From Azolla caroliniana (lineage: Eukaryota; Plantae; Polypodiophyta): a DNA stretch of 64,000 nt. Made by a program: the position numbers and the translations under genes. Positions 39,901-53,027 of this stretch are shown piece by piece; position 1 is the stretch's first letter, and each line of letters begins with the position of its first letter. Where the stretch lies: contig JBHGNT010000015.1 in NCBI GenBank assembly GCA_043228905.1, positions 6,510,001-6,574,000 of the forward strand, given 5' to 3'. The notes under the pieces were generated by a model, which saw only the letters and a list, made by a program, of their open reading frames with translations, was not told the DNA's origin and did no database searches.

Positions 39901-42742
39901 AACTCAGGTCTGGAGATCTGGAGTTGGAGTTGAGGTCCGGAGTCAGAGGCAAGTACCAGGATGCGGACTCGTCAAACACAACATCGCGGCTCACGCGAGC
40001 TTTGTTTGGTTTGGGGGTTATAACACTTATAACCCTTATGTTCGTCTGAATAGCCTACCAAGATGCACTTCTCAGCTTTCGCGTCCAACTTCCTCCATTT
40101 CTCCTTTGGCACATGCACATACGCAATGCTACCGAAAACTCTCAAGTGTCATAGATTCGGCTTCCTTCCGAAATACAGCTCATGCAATGACACTTTGTCT
40201 CCGATTCGATTCTGGATGTACACTGTGGCTCGTACCGCCTCGGCCCAATAGAACTTGGGCAAGCTCTTTTCTTCCAGCATTGGCCGCGCCGCTTCTACAA
40301 TCCACCGATTCTTCCTTTCGGCCCCGCCGTTTTGCTCCGGCGTATATCTACAACTGAATTCGCGCCGAATTCCCATTTGTTGCAAATACCCGTTGAATTG
40401 ACCGGAAAAGTACTCTTTTCCACCATCCAACCGCAAGCACTCGATCTTTCTTCCTGTTTCCCTTTCGACGAAACTCTTGAGGTCCCGGAAACAGTTGAAG
40501 ACATCACACTTCTTCTGAATGAGGTAGATCCATATGTGCCGCGTATAGTCGTCCATGAAGGAGACAAAATATGGACTCCCGCCAAGACTAACGTTCTGTG
40601 TCGGCCCCCATACATCGGACTGTATCAAGTCGAGCTTGTTCCAGCTCTGGTTACGCTCGTTAGGGAAAGGAAGTCGGTGTTGCTTCCCTAGCTAGTAGGC
40701 TTCACAATTTTGTGCCTTCTGGCCACTAAATTTGGGCAATCCGAACACCACCTGTTTCGATTGCAGGTCTTGAAGCCGTCGATAGTTGACGTGGCCTATC
40801 CGCTTGTGCCATAAGTCGATATCCGACTCGACTTTTTGTCCTTTCACGAACATTGCGGTGCCACCGCCACTAGAGTTGAGGATAAACATCCTCCCGTCTC
40901 TGCTCCCTTGCGCAATAACTCGGCCTTCTTCCTCGATGAAGCACCCAAGATGCGTAAACCGAACCTGCATCCCCTGGTCGATGATCTGTCCGACCGACAC
41001 CAGGTTCTTTGTGATTGTTGGAACGTGTAACACGTTCATAAGTTTCCCTTTTTTCCCGACATGGCTCAAGGGAACTTCACTGACATTCGCGATCGGATGC
41101 GGAGTGTCATCTCCGGTTGCGATTACTCCTAGTTGCATCGGTTTCTCAAGGTATGAGAACCACTCCTTGTGGCATGTCATGTGGTTTGATGCGCCGGAGT
41201 TGACGTGCCACACCTCGTCCGATTTCAGGGTGCACTTCTTCATCGAGCTCGCTTCATGTTTCGTCACAAAGGCTGACCCTTTTTCAGCTGTTCCGGATCC
41301 TTCGGCATAGTGCGATCATTGCCGATTACCCCTGTCGGTTTGTCCGGAACCTGATCCGGATCCTGTCCTCTCCGAATCGGTGCACTTCTTCCAGCACTCA
41401 CTTTCCTTCTGGCCTTTCTTGCCACAGTACCAACATTCCGCAACGGGTTTCCCTTGCCGGTTCTCGTGCCTCGACTATCCCTGTTTCCAAAGGGTTCGTA
41501 ATTGCTGTCAAAATCACTTCAATGCCTTCTTCCTTGATCCTGTCGGCCGCCTCCATTGCGCACTGACTCACCTCGTCCGCCACGACCACGGGGCCTATCT
41601 CCCTCTGTGTACAACATCTTGTTGTTGGCATGCATGCTCGTCACGCACCCGCGTGGTTCTCCTCTATAAGGAGCATCAATTGTAGGTCGAAAAATGACGG
41701 CGTATTCTCCTGTGTACACACAACAGTTCGGAATGCTCCGAACTTCGACGCCAGTCCCCCGAGATAGATCTGCACCATCTTGCCTTCCTCGACGTTCACA
41801 TTGATAGAGGCTAAGGAGTCGCATATCTATTTGATCTTCAAGGTGTAATCAGCCACCGACAAGTCGTGTTGTCGTAAGTTGCTTAGCTCCTCTCGGAGTT
41901 GAAGTTTCTTGGCTGTGGTGCTTGCGGCGAAAATCTTTTTCAGATTTCCCCAAGCATCTTTTGGCATTTTCACATCCCGAATATAGCTCAGAAGCTATTC
42001 GCCCATACAAGACGCGAAGCAGTAGAGAACTCTACTCGTTGACTGCTCCCAAGCCGGAAGTCTTTGTGTGTCAAATCGGGTGTTGTGTCATTTGCTCCGT
42101 CGACATAGCTCTAGTACTTGTGCCCGAGCAGGTACTGGTGCGTCTTGTAAGACCAAGACGCGTAGTTGTTTCTGTTGAGCTTCTCTGTTAGAAGCGAGCT
42201 AGCCATGCCTCTATCCATTTGTTTTTCCTGTTCTTTGCGAAGGTTAGGTTTTCTTTCTCGAGCTAAGGTTGGTCGTAGAGGTTCTCAACCCTCGCGCTCT
42301 GATACCATGTAAAAAGAATAGCGTGCGGAAGCAATAAAAAACCAAACACAGAAACGCAGGTTTAATGGAGAGCTTGAATATACACAGTACTCGGGAGAGA
42401 CAGAGAGAGAGAGTCAATACACACAACTCAATTCAAAAATAATACTCAATCTATACATAGGATGTGCTCAGTGAGCACTTTTATACAAGTCTATACAGAC
42501 TGACAGAAGTACTGATACGTACTTCAATGCTCATAAGTGAGCTCTACACTAACTCCCAAAATATATTCCTAAGCGGAATATCTTTCCAATGGCCTCGCGG
42601 TTTACGCACCGCTACGGCTTCTCGTTGCGCATCGGTTTGCGCACCGGTTTACACACCGGTCCAGCCTAATCGATCGATCCCAACCGATCCGGTTCTCGGC
42701 TTGCACAACTGATCTAGCCAATGTTGAGCTTATATCTCAACA
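36961..42742 (-). mobile_element. Full-length Ty1/copia family C element, coding region degenerate
   Basis: LTRs 36961-37383 and 42308-42742, TSD TATAT (inserted in a TA microsatellite), Met PBS at 42297-42307, gag-PR-IN-RT (LLYVDDL)-RNase H order, PPT next to the 3' LTR. Confidence 0.95.
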
Positions 42743-42960
42743 TATATGTTATAGAGTGGAAATTCATTGGCTCTTATTTTGGCCTTGTACACAAATACTA
42801 TGATCTATGCAACGTGTAGATGTGGTAAATATATGTTACATTAAATCCAAGAGCACATGATGGACAATAAAATACCTTTGTTAGAGAAATGATCTTGAAA
42901 TACTTGTTTTTTTTTTCAAAAAAAACTCTTTCCATTTGTTATAAAATTTTACAAATGAGA

Positions 42961-45900
42961 TTATTGTGTACAAATCCCTGTAGGGACGCTATAGTTCCAT
43001 CTTATGTGGAAGCCCACTAACTCAAGAAAGGTAGAGGATGACCATTGTTGGATGAAGGCTATTCGTTGTCTGTCAACTCCATCGGAGCCACCCTTGAGGC
43101 CATCATATTGGCTCTTTACAGTGGCTACAATTTCACTCCATATCTCTTGTAGTAACATTGTTGGATGCGCAGTTTGGTTGGAGAAGACCCGTCTACACCA
43201 TTTTTTCCATAGAATCCAAAGAGTTATTGGGCTGACCAATTCCAACACAACTTGAGCTTTGTCATTAAGAGGATTTGAGTGGACATTGCCAATGGTGGAG
43301 AAAAAAACCTCTTGTGCTTTTATCACCAAAGTCATCCCCTCCTCCTGATGATCGTATATGACAATTGGGGTCTGCCATGATAGCCAACATATATTTCTCC
43401 ACGTGATTGAGCCTTGCACCTAGCATAATTGCAACAAGCGACCAACCCCCCACCATATTCGATGGGATGCTAGGCAGTCCCACAAAGCGTGTCATATTGA
43501 TTCTACTACATTTGGGCACTCTACACAATTAGGAGAGCTAAGGTTCCCACGTTGCCATGCTCCCACCGGTAGTGCCTAATGTATTAATAGCCATTGGAAC
43601 ATGGTAATTCGCCTTGTGTGTTGTTTCCAGATTTTCTGCCAAAACTTGGTGGTTATTGTGTGAGGAACTCGATATGTGTGCCAAACCTTTGCAACAGCTG
43701 GCTCTCGGGCGGCTTGAGCAGCTAGAATGCGATGACCCAATCTAGTTGTGAATTGGAAGAAAGGGATGGGTTTGCTTCCTTGCCCCGAGTAAGGATCACA
43801 CCATTTCCATTGCAAAGGGTTCCAACTGACCTTACGTAGCCATGTGTTTTCATGAGTACATATGTGCCAATCGGGTTGTACTTTGATCGGATCAGGATCT
43901 ACAATCCATTTATGACCAGTATAAGCGAGTACTCGAATTGCGTTATTCTGTGTGTCTCGCAATTCAGAGCCTTCGATCTTGTCTGGTGTTCCCCTACCTC
44001 TTGGGATCAAAGATCCCTCCTCTTCGTAGCCAATCCATTTCTCCATTGTTGTCCTTTGAGTAACAACTTCCCTAATCAGTAGAGCGTTAATGATTTCCGA
44101 TCTCATAGTCCATCCACCCCTAATTCCATGGAGTATGTTGGCTTAATCTTGTAGTGGTAGTGACATAAACCGTCTCCAACGTTCTATACTTTTTCCTGGA
44201 CCTTCTGCAATGTATACCCATGACACTCCCTTACTTGATCCAAGTAGTTGATGAGATTCATCCTTGATACATGAGTTCCATAGGATACGTTGACTGAGCC
44301 AGGCAGTTTCGGAACTCGGATGATCGCACTTGAGCCCTCGTCAAATGTTAGACCATGCCTTCCACATGGATGCACCGAATCTATCCTCCAATTGGTGGGA
44401 GAAACTAGGTTTGAGAACCATGGTTAGAATCCATCTTGTTTGGGGGGGCCAATTGAAAAGTAATCACAATAGCATTTTCCAACAGTCATTTCCTGGTTGG
44501 AGTCCTCGCACCACAAATTTGGCAAGTAAGGCTTTTGATTGTGAGAGGGGATTAATAAGACCCAATCCCCCTCTCGACTTAGGTGTTGTGAGTATAGGCC
44601 ACGCCATCTTCGCGTGAGTTACATGATCTTCCTTACTAGACCAAATGTAGTGGTGTACCAGTAGTTGAATTTGATGTATACTTTCCTTGGAGATTGTCCA
44701 ACATGATAGATTGTAGCATGCTGTTGCGAGTAGTTCTTGGTTTGCCACTATGATGCGACCCGCTAGCGACAATTTTTTCGAACTCCAATGTATCAACTTT
44801 TTTCAAATGGAATGAATAATGGGTGTAATCATAGTCTCTGGCGGTATGTTGAAACCAATTTGGAAACCCAAATATTTGGTGCTCGCTCCTTGAGTGATCC
44901 ATTTGAAAGCGGGGTGTGGGTGCCACGTAGGATGTGTTTCATGAGAAAGCCATATTGCACAGGATTTGTGCCAATTGATCATGGCATTGGATCTCTTGCA
45001 GAATACGGCTAACCCACTTTCTAGCTTTTGTAGGTTTTCCAAGTCCCCTTGCAGGTAGACCATTGTGCCATCTGCAAATTCTATATCCAAGATGCTTTTG
45101 TGAGAATGAGGCACGGGAAGACCACGTAGGTTGAGGTGCCACGAGTTGAGAAAGAAAGAGAGTGCTTCGGCGTATAAAAGAAATAAGGATGGAGCTAGTG
45201 GGCATCCATGTCATACAGATCGGGATATTCGGAAAAAGGGGCCCCTTTCACCTACCAGTGAAACGCAGTTGTTGTCGTTCCTATAAAGTCCTGCGATGCC
45301 TTTGATCCATGTCTCTTGAAAGCCGAGTTTCCCCATCACACTTTCTAGAAAGTTCTAGCATACCTTGTCATATGCTTTCTCAAAATCTAGTAGCACCATT
45401 GCCACCTTGTTGTTGGTACGCTTGGCAAGGGCTACTGCTTCCCAGAATGAGAAGAGGTTGTCTAGGATGCTCCGATTTCTAACAGAACCTGTTTGGGATG
45501 GATGAATGGGTTGAGGGAGAAGTGGTGTTAAACGGCGTGCCACGATTTTTGCGAGCAACTTATAGACAGTATTGAGAAGAGTTATGGGTCACCACTTGCT
45601 AATGTCGTTGGCACTCCCACCACTTTTAGGAATGAGATGTATCATCCCTTGTCCAAATTCCTCCGGCATGTTTCCAGAGGTGATGATCTCCTCATATGCC
45701 TGGAGGAGGTCTTCTTTAATAGTGTCCCAAAGGCATGTGAAAAAGTGAGGGGTGAGGCCGTTGATTCCGGGGCAACTATCTGCATCCAAATCAGAGAGGG
45801 ACTCCCATATCTCGATGATTGATAGGGGACGCACGAGCCATGTATTCATTTCCATCGTGACTTTCTCGGTTATGCTTTGGAGGATAATATCTTCTCTTAT

Positions 45901-47943
45901 GTCTTCCCCTGTGGCTATAGTATCTTCGGTAAGTAGGTGCTTATAGTAACTTGTGGCAATATTCCTCATTTCGTCGCCATCCGTGGTCGTTCCATCATCT
46001 CGGTTGAGGTTGCGCATCATTGTTCTAGCGTGTCTCGGGCCTTTGGAGCGGAAGAATTCCTTCGTGGTTTTGTCCCCTACTCGAATCCAGCGCACCATGC
46101 TTCCATGAAACTCCATGTCATATATTTCCTTTTCCACCATGATGAGTTCATGTTTGGCCATGGCAACTTGTCATGCGATCCAACTACATGATGGGTATCT
46201 CTGTTGGAATCGTTGTAAGGCTATTAGTCCCCGTTTTGTCCTCAATCACTTTTCTTGAGCATCCTTGCTTCTGGTCTTGACAATCTCATGTAGGAGAGTT
46301 GAAGCTCTTGTTAATGTAGCTAGAAGTTTGTTAGATGCTGATGAGTCATTGACGGGTAATGACCATTGGTTGGAGAGTTGTTCCTTCACCTCTATAACTG
46401 TGTAAATAGTGTGTTGGATGCGAGGCTGGAATGGGCCCCAGTTTCGGTGCAATTGAAAATGACCGACGACCAGGTAATGGTTAGAGAAAGTCGTGCCTGG
46501 AGTTATGCGACACCACCCTCCTTCATTTTGAGAGCCACGCCCACATAAATGCGGTCAATGCGAGATAGGGTAGGTCCACTATTCCACCCGTCTGATTGGG
46601 AGAATAAGAGAGAATCCCTTTTTCGTTGGAAGTTGTCAGAATGCTAGATGTCTCGCAGGTTAAGGTGTACAGATAACTTCTCCCATTGTTTACGTTCCCT
46701 TCCTTGTAGAACTATGGGGTTGTTGTTGGAGCTATCGTGAATGGATTCGATCATGACGGGAACCCCAACGTTCCTTATGCGCGACGCTCGGCCACAACCG
46801 AGCGTAGAATGACACACAGAAAAACGGGAAACAAAAAAAACACGATACAAAGGAGAGGAAGATACACACACACTACACAGGAGGTTTACGTGGAAAACCC
46901 CAAACTAAGGGAAAAACCACGGCAGCCCACAGGCTGCAAACTGTCACTATGTATGAATGTACAAAACCGTGAGTTCTCGGAGGCGACGACCTCGGACTCA
47001 CGCTCTTCGCCACAGGCGGCGGTTACAACAGAGGCAACGACCTCTCTCTCTCTCTCTCTCTCTCTCTGTACACTATTACGTGCTCTCTGTTCTTCTTCTT
47101 GCACCAACAAAGAAAATGACAGCAACTCCTAAAAGTTTACCCTAAGTCATATTTATACTAATATGACTTTTCGGCTATTTACAAATATAGCCTCGATGGG
47201 CTCTCAGAAACATATTTACGAATATGTCTCTTCCTCCGGTTCATACCGGGCCTGCACCATCCGTCTCTCCGTAGCCAGGTACTCCTCATCCGGTTCATAC
47301 CGGGCCTGTCCCATCCGGCTCTCCGTAGCCGGGTACTACTCATCCGGTTCACACCGGGCCTGTATCATCCGGCTCTCCGTAGCCGGGTACTCCTCATACC
47401 GTTTCGGCCTCGGCCGAGTTTGTTCGTCGGCACTGTTCTTCTTCCTTCCCATCCGGAGGGACATGTCTCCCAACAGATCATATTAAAATCCCCTCCAATG
47501 CACCACTCTTCCACATCCGGTACTTGTAGGCGGATGCGTTCCCAAAATGTTGCCCTTTCTGTTCTGCTATTTGGAGCATAAACATTCATGAAATTCCAGC
47601 GTTGCCCCTGGATGGTCAACGTGCAAAAATGTGCCCTACCAAGTATAAGTGATTCTTGGTGTATTAAGCCTTGGGCTAGATGTTCCCGAATCAAACTGCA
47701 AATACCACCATGATTTCCATCCTCCCCTATTGCTGGCTCCCAAATTGTTCGCCATGATCCTAGTAGAAGGTCTCCGACTTCCTTTGACTGCGTGCTATCG
47801 AGGTGGTGTTCCTGCAACATGATGATGTCAGCAACACTCCCTAATAAATATTCCTCAAGATCCCTTCCCAGTTTCCATCTGTTTTGCTGGTCTAGTCGAC
47901 TTCTGAGCCCTTGCACGTTCCATGTTACAATCTTCATACTCAT
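42961..47943 (-). pseudogene. LINE ORF2 (APE endonuclease + reverse transcriptase), degenerate
   Basis: Fragments 47365-48009, 45589-46161 (CPGINGLTPHFF), 45355-45558, 44803-45114 (EFADGT, KYLGF), 44464-44796 (LSLAGRI...GGLGL) and 42961-43419. Confidence 0.9.
46754..47475 (-). repeat. Solo LTR (family E) inside the LINE endonuclease domain
   Basis: TG...CA termini; TSD GATCA at 46749-46753 and 47476-47480; interrupts GGDFNMI|...ESIHDS. Confidence 0.92.
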
Positions 47944-48196
47944 GGAATGGGGTGGGAGATTGCCAGTTGTTCCTGGTGCATTGCACAACAGGTCGTGAGT
48001 GGGGAGCACTCACCATTTAGACATCCAGTCATTTCCAGGGGTGGAATGTTGTTCCAAATCCAAGATTGGAGTTTGTGGGCTATCTTGTGAGCTTCAATAC
48101 TTCCTTTCTGCTTCTCATAGAAATAGAAGAAGCCTAGAGTTAGTCGGGTGTCTATGATAGTCCGCGGGTGGATGTGGCAGGGATGAGGTTCCTCTT

Positions 48197-51100
48197 TGTA
48201 GAAAGTAGCGTGCAGAAGCAGGTATGAAGACAGAACAGAGGAATGAAACTCAGGTTCAATGGAGAGCTTGGGCTTACACGGTATACACGGGAGAGACAGA
48301 GAGAGTAGACACAAAAACTATATTCAATAATAATACTCAAGTCTGTACATAAGACGTGCTCAATGAACACTTTTATACAAGTCCTGGAAGGACTGACCGA
48401 AGTACTGACAGTACTTCAATGCTCATTAAGAGCTCCTACACTAACTTCCAAATATATTCCTCATGGAATATCTTTCCTAACGACCTCCCGGTTTACACAC
48501 TCGGCCTAACCGATCGGTCCCAACCAATCCGGTCCTCGGCTTCTTTAGCCGATCTGGCCGATGTTGAGCTTGTCTCTCAACACTCCCCCTCAAGCTCAAC
48601 TCGAGGCTCTTCGGGATCCTCGGATTCACGGCTCCTCGGGCTCACGGCTCGGGTTCCTCCTGGCTTCACGCCTCGCTCGCGCTGCTCGACCTGTTCGACT
48701 CTGCGCGCTTCGACCCTTCCGGTCAGCTTGTATGCTCATGCGGCCCTTATCAGCTCTTCTGATGTTGCGGTGTTGACGCTTCTCCTGCTGCCTTTTCTTC
48801 CGCTTGGGCCTCAGTTGATTCAGCGTGTCTGAATCAAACATTCAAACCGACTCGGCTACCTCTGATCGGTTTTCGCTCTCGTTCGAGTTGGCTGTCTCCA
48901 ACTCGTCTTCGGTCTTCTCGCCCTCAATGGCATCATCTTCCCCATGGGTGGTTGGCTTCGGCTCTCTCCTTCGGTTGCTCCCCTTCTGTCCTCTTCCGAA
49001 CTTTTCCGCGGGTCCGCCCTCGACTTCTTCAGCCGATCCGAAGTCGCCCTCGGCTTCTTCAGCCGATCGGCTTCACACCCTTCGGTGCGTCAACCAGGTC
49101 CCAGGTCTTGTTCTCCGCCAATGCATGCATCTCTTCCTCCATCGCGGCATGCCAATTCGCGTCTTTAGCCGCTTCTGCGTAGCTCTCCGGCTCACGCACT
49201 TCCGCTACACGGGTCATGTGCGCATAATGATGCGCCATGTACTCGTTGTATCCGAACCGCACAACTGGGTTCTTTTGGCGGGTAGATCGGCGTAATCTCA
49301 CATTAGCCGATGTCGAGGCCTTCTCGGTCGATGCGGTCTTCACCTTTAAAGACCCGTCACCGGTTCCCTCGGAGTCGGACTCGCGTCGGTCTGACTCGTT
49401 CCTTTCCGTGCCGGAATCCGACACCTTCTTCTTCCCTTTCTCTTTGCGCGTAAGCCGTCTCCTCGGCTTCCTGCGCGGGGAATGCACGGCCGAGTCTCCA
49501 CTGCTCGCCGGCTCTTTATCGGACTGGTCATACCGACTCAGTCGTCCAATCGGTCCACTTAACCGGAGTGAAATCGGACTCTCTTCGCGGGTCTCGATTT
49601 CGGGCTCATCCGGAGGCATCTCGGCCTCACTGACCTCATCATCAGAGATCGGATTGGAGTCGGGGTTCCGAGTCGGGGGTAGGTACCAGGACGCGGACTC
49701 GTCAAACACAACGTCGCGGTTGACACGTGCTTGTTTGGTGCGAGGGTTATAGCATTTATAACCCTTCTGCTCGTCCGAGTAACCGACCAAGATGCACTTC
49801 TCGGCCTTTGCGTCCAGCTTCCTCCTTTTCTCCTTCGGTACATGCACATACGCAATGCTACCGAACACCCTCAAGTGTCGCAAGTTCGGCTTCGTTCCGA
49901 AATATAGCTCGTGTGCTGACACTTTGTCTCCGATCCGGTTCTGGATGTATACTGCGGTCCTTACCGCCTCGGCCCAGTAGAACTTGGGCAAGCTCTTCTC
50001 CTCCAGCATTGCCCGTGCCGCTTCCACAACTGACCGATTCTTCCTCTCGGCCACGCCGTTCTGCTCCGACGTGTATCTACAACTGAATTCGCGCCGAATT
50101 CCCATTTGTTGTAGATAACCGTTGAATTCACCGGAAAAATACTCTTTCCCGCCATCCGACCGCAGGCACTTGATCTTTCGTCCCATTTCCGTTTCCACGA
50201 ACCCTTTGAGGTCCCGGAAACAGTCAAAGACTTCACTCTTCCTCTCAATGAGGTAGATCCACGTGTGCCGCGTGTGGTCGTCAATGAAGGAGACGAAATA
50301 TGGGCTCCCGCCAAGACTAACGTTTTCTGCCGGCCCCCATACATCGGAGTGTATAAGGTCGAGCTTATTCCGGCTCCGATTTCACTCGTTGGGGAAAGGA
50401 AGTCGGTGTTGCTTCCCGAGCTGGCAGGCTTCACAAATTTGTGCCTTTCGGCCACTAAATTTGGGCAATCCGAACACTACCTGTTTCGATTGCAGATCTT
50501 GAAGCCGCTGGTAGTTGACATGGCCTATCCACTTGTGCCACAAGTCGATGTCCGACTCGGTCTTTTGTCCCTTCGCGAACATTGCGGTGCCGCCATCAGT
50601 GGAGTCGAGGATGAACATCCTCCCGTCTCTGCGCCCTTGCGCAATCACACGGCCTTCTTCCTCAATGAAGCACCCTAGGTGTGTAAACCGAACCTCCATC
50701 CCTTGGTCGACGATCTGTCCGACCGAGACCAACTTTTTCGTGATTGTCGGAACGTGCAACACGTTCATGAGTTTCCCTTTCTGCCCGACATGGCTAAGGG
50801 GAACTTCTCCGACATTCGCGATCGGATGCGGAGTGTCGCCTCCTGTTGCGACTACTCCAGGTTGTATCGGTTTTTCAAGGTACGAGAACCACTCCTTATG
50901 GCTCGTCATGTGGTTTGACGCGCCGGAGTCTACGTACCACACCTCGTCCGATCTCGGGGTGCTCTGTTTCATTGAGTTTGCTTCGTGTCTCGTCACGAAG
51001 ACAGACCCTTCTCCAGCTCTCCCGGAATCTTTGGCGTAGTGCGATCACTGCCGATTTCCCTTGTCGGTATGTCTAGAGCCGTTCCCGGAACCAGTTCTCT

Positions 51101-52408
51101 CCGAATCGGCGCACTTCTTCCAACACTCACTTTCCCTGTGGCCTTTCTTGCCACAGTACCAGCACTCCGCGATGGCCTTCCCTTGCCGGTTCTCATCGCT
51201 TCGACTCCCCCTGTTTCCGGAGGGTCCGGAGTTGCTGTCGGCATCACTTCGGTGCCATCTTCCTTGATCTCGTCGGCCGCTTCCAATGCGTACCGACTCG
51301 CCTCGTCCTCCACGACCACGGGGCCTTTCTCCCTCCGTGTACAACATCTTGCTGTCAGTGTGCGTGCTCGTCGACGCACCCGCGTGGTTCTCCTCTACCA
51401 GGAGCATCGATTGTAAGTCGAAAAAGGACGGCGTATTCTCCCGGGTACACACAGCCATTCGGAACGCTCCGAACTTCGACGCCAAACCTCCGAGACAGAT
51501 CTGGACCATCTCGTTCTCCTCGATGTTCACCTCTATGGAGGCGAGGGAGTCGCAGATATCCTTGATCTTCGAGGTATAGTCCGCCACCGACAAGTCGCGT
51601 TGTCATAGGTTGCTCAACTCCTGTCAGAGCTGAAGCTTCCTAGCTGTGGTGCTCGCGGCGAAAATCTTCTTCAGATTTTCCCACGCACCCTTCGGTGTCT
51701 TTGCATCCCAAACATAGCTTAATAACTGTTCGCCCACACACGACGTGAAGCAATACAACACCCTGCTCGCCGATTGCTCCCACGACAGGAAGTCTCTGTG
51801 TGTCGATTCGGGTGCCGCATCATTAGCTCCTTCAACATAACTCCAGTAGCCATGCCCGAGCAGGTACTGGTGCATCTTGTAGGACCAAGACGCGTAGTTG
51901 GTTCTGTCAAGCTTCTCTGTTGGAAGCGAGCTCGCCATGCCTCTATCCATCGTTCTTCTTGTTCTTCTTCGTCAAGTTGTGTCGGCTACAGAGAGGTTCT
52001 CAACCCTCGCGCTCTGATACCATGTAGAAAGTAGCGTGCGGAAGCAGGTATGAAGACAGAACAGAGGAAGGAAACTCAGGTTCAATGGAGAGCTTGGGCT
52101 TACACGGTATATGCGGGAGAGACAGAGAGAGTAGACACAAAAACTATATTCAATAATAATACTCAAGTCTGTACATAAGACGTGCTCAATGAACACTTTT
52201 ATACAAGTCCTAGAAGGACTGACCGAAGTACTGACAGTACTTCAATGCTCATTAAGAGCTCCTACACTAACTCCCAAATATATTCCTCACGGAATATCTT
52301 TCCTAACGACCTCCCGGTTTACGCACTCGGCCTAACCGATCGGTCCCAACCGATCCGGTCCTCGGCTTCTTCAACCGATCCGGCCGATGTTGAGCTTGTC
52401 TCTCAACA
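48197..52408 (-). mobile_element. Copia family C relative with RT and RNase H deleted
   Basis: Two 386-bp LTRs (48197-48582 and 52023-52408; about 12 mismatches counted by eye), TSD CTCTT, Met PBS, gag, protease WYVDSGASNHMT and integrase ORF 49059-50198. RT stops at GVKPIG. Confidence 0.95.
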
Positions 52409-53027
52409 CTCTTCATCCATGGTGCACCAGAATTCTGTGTTATTCCAATGTTTTTTTTATTCGTTCATGAGGGCTTCATCTCTAATTTTTGTTACAAAAC
52501 AAGCTGCTTGACTACATAGGGTATCTTTGATCTTGGACTTGGACCAGTCCTCTTGTGCCGGAAGCAAGAGTGGAAAAGAAATTGAGGTTGTTGGTACTCC
52601 ATTCTTGTGTACCGCCGATACATGTACCCTTATTTTGTCCATTATCGTATGCCCTATACCTAGCCATTTCAGGGCATTTTGTGGGTGTGGTTCAAGGTCC
52701 TAGCTAGATGTATCACACTCATTTATGTCTAGGAAGGCTATGATCTGAGGTGTGATATTCAAACTATTGCCTTGGTTTGTTGTTTCTCCATTGGCTGCAA
52801 TTCCGTTAAAGCTCCGCATTAGGGTCTTAACATGACTTATCCTTCGCCACTTCCCTGTTTTGTAAGCTTTAACGAGGATTTTCCTTGGGGCTTAAGAAAG
52901 AACTAGGGGAGTGTTTATTTGTGGGGGGGAGCTCTTGTAGTAGATCAAAACGATTGGGGCTCACTGGCAATGAAAGATTTTGTTACTGTGGAATTTTACG
53001 TAGGACATGGGATTTCCCCACCACTCG

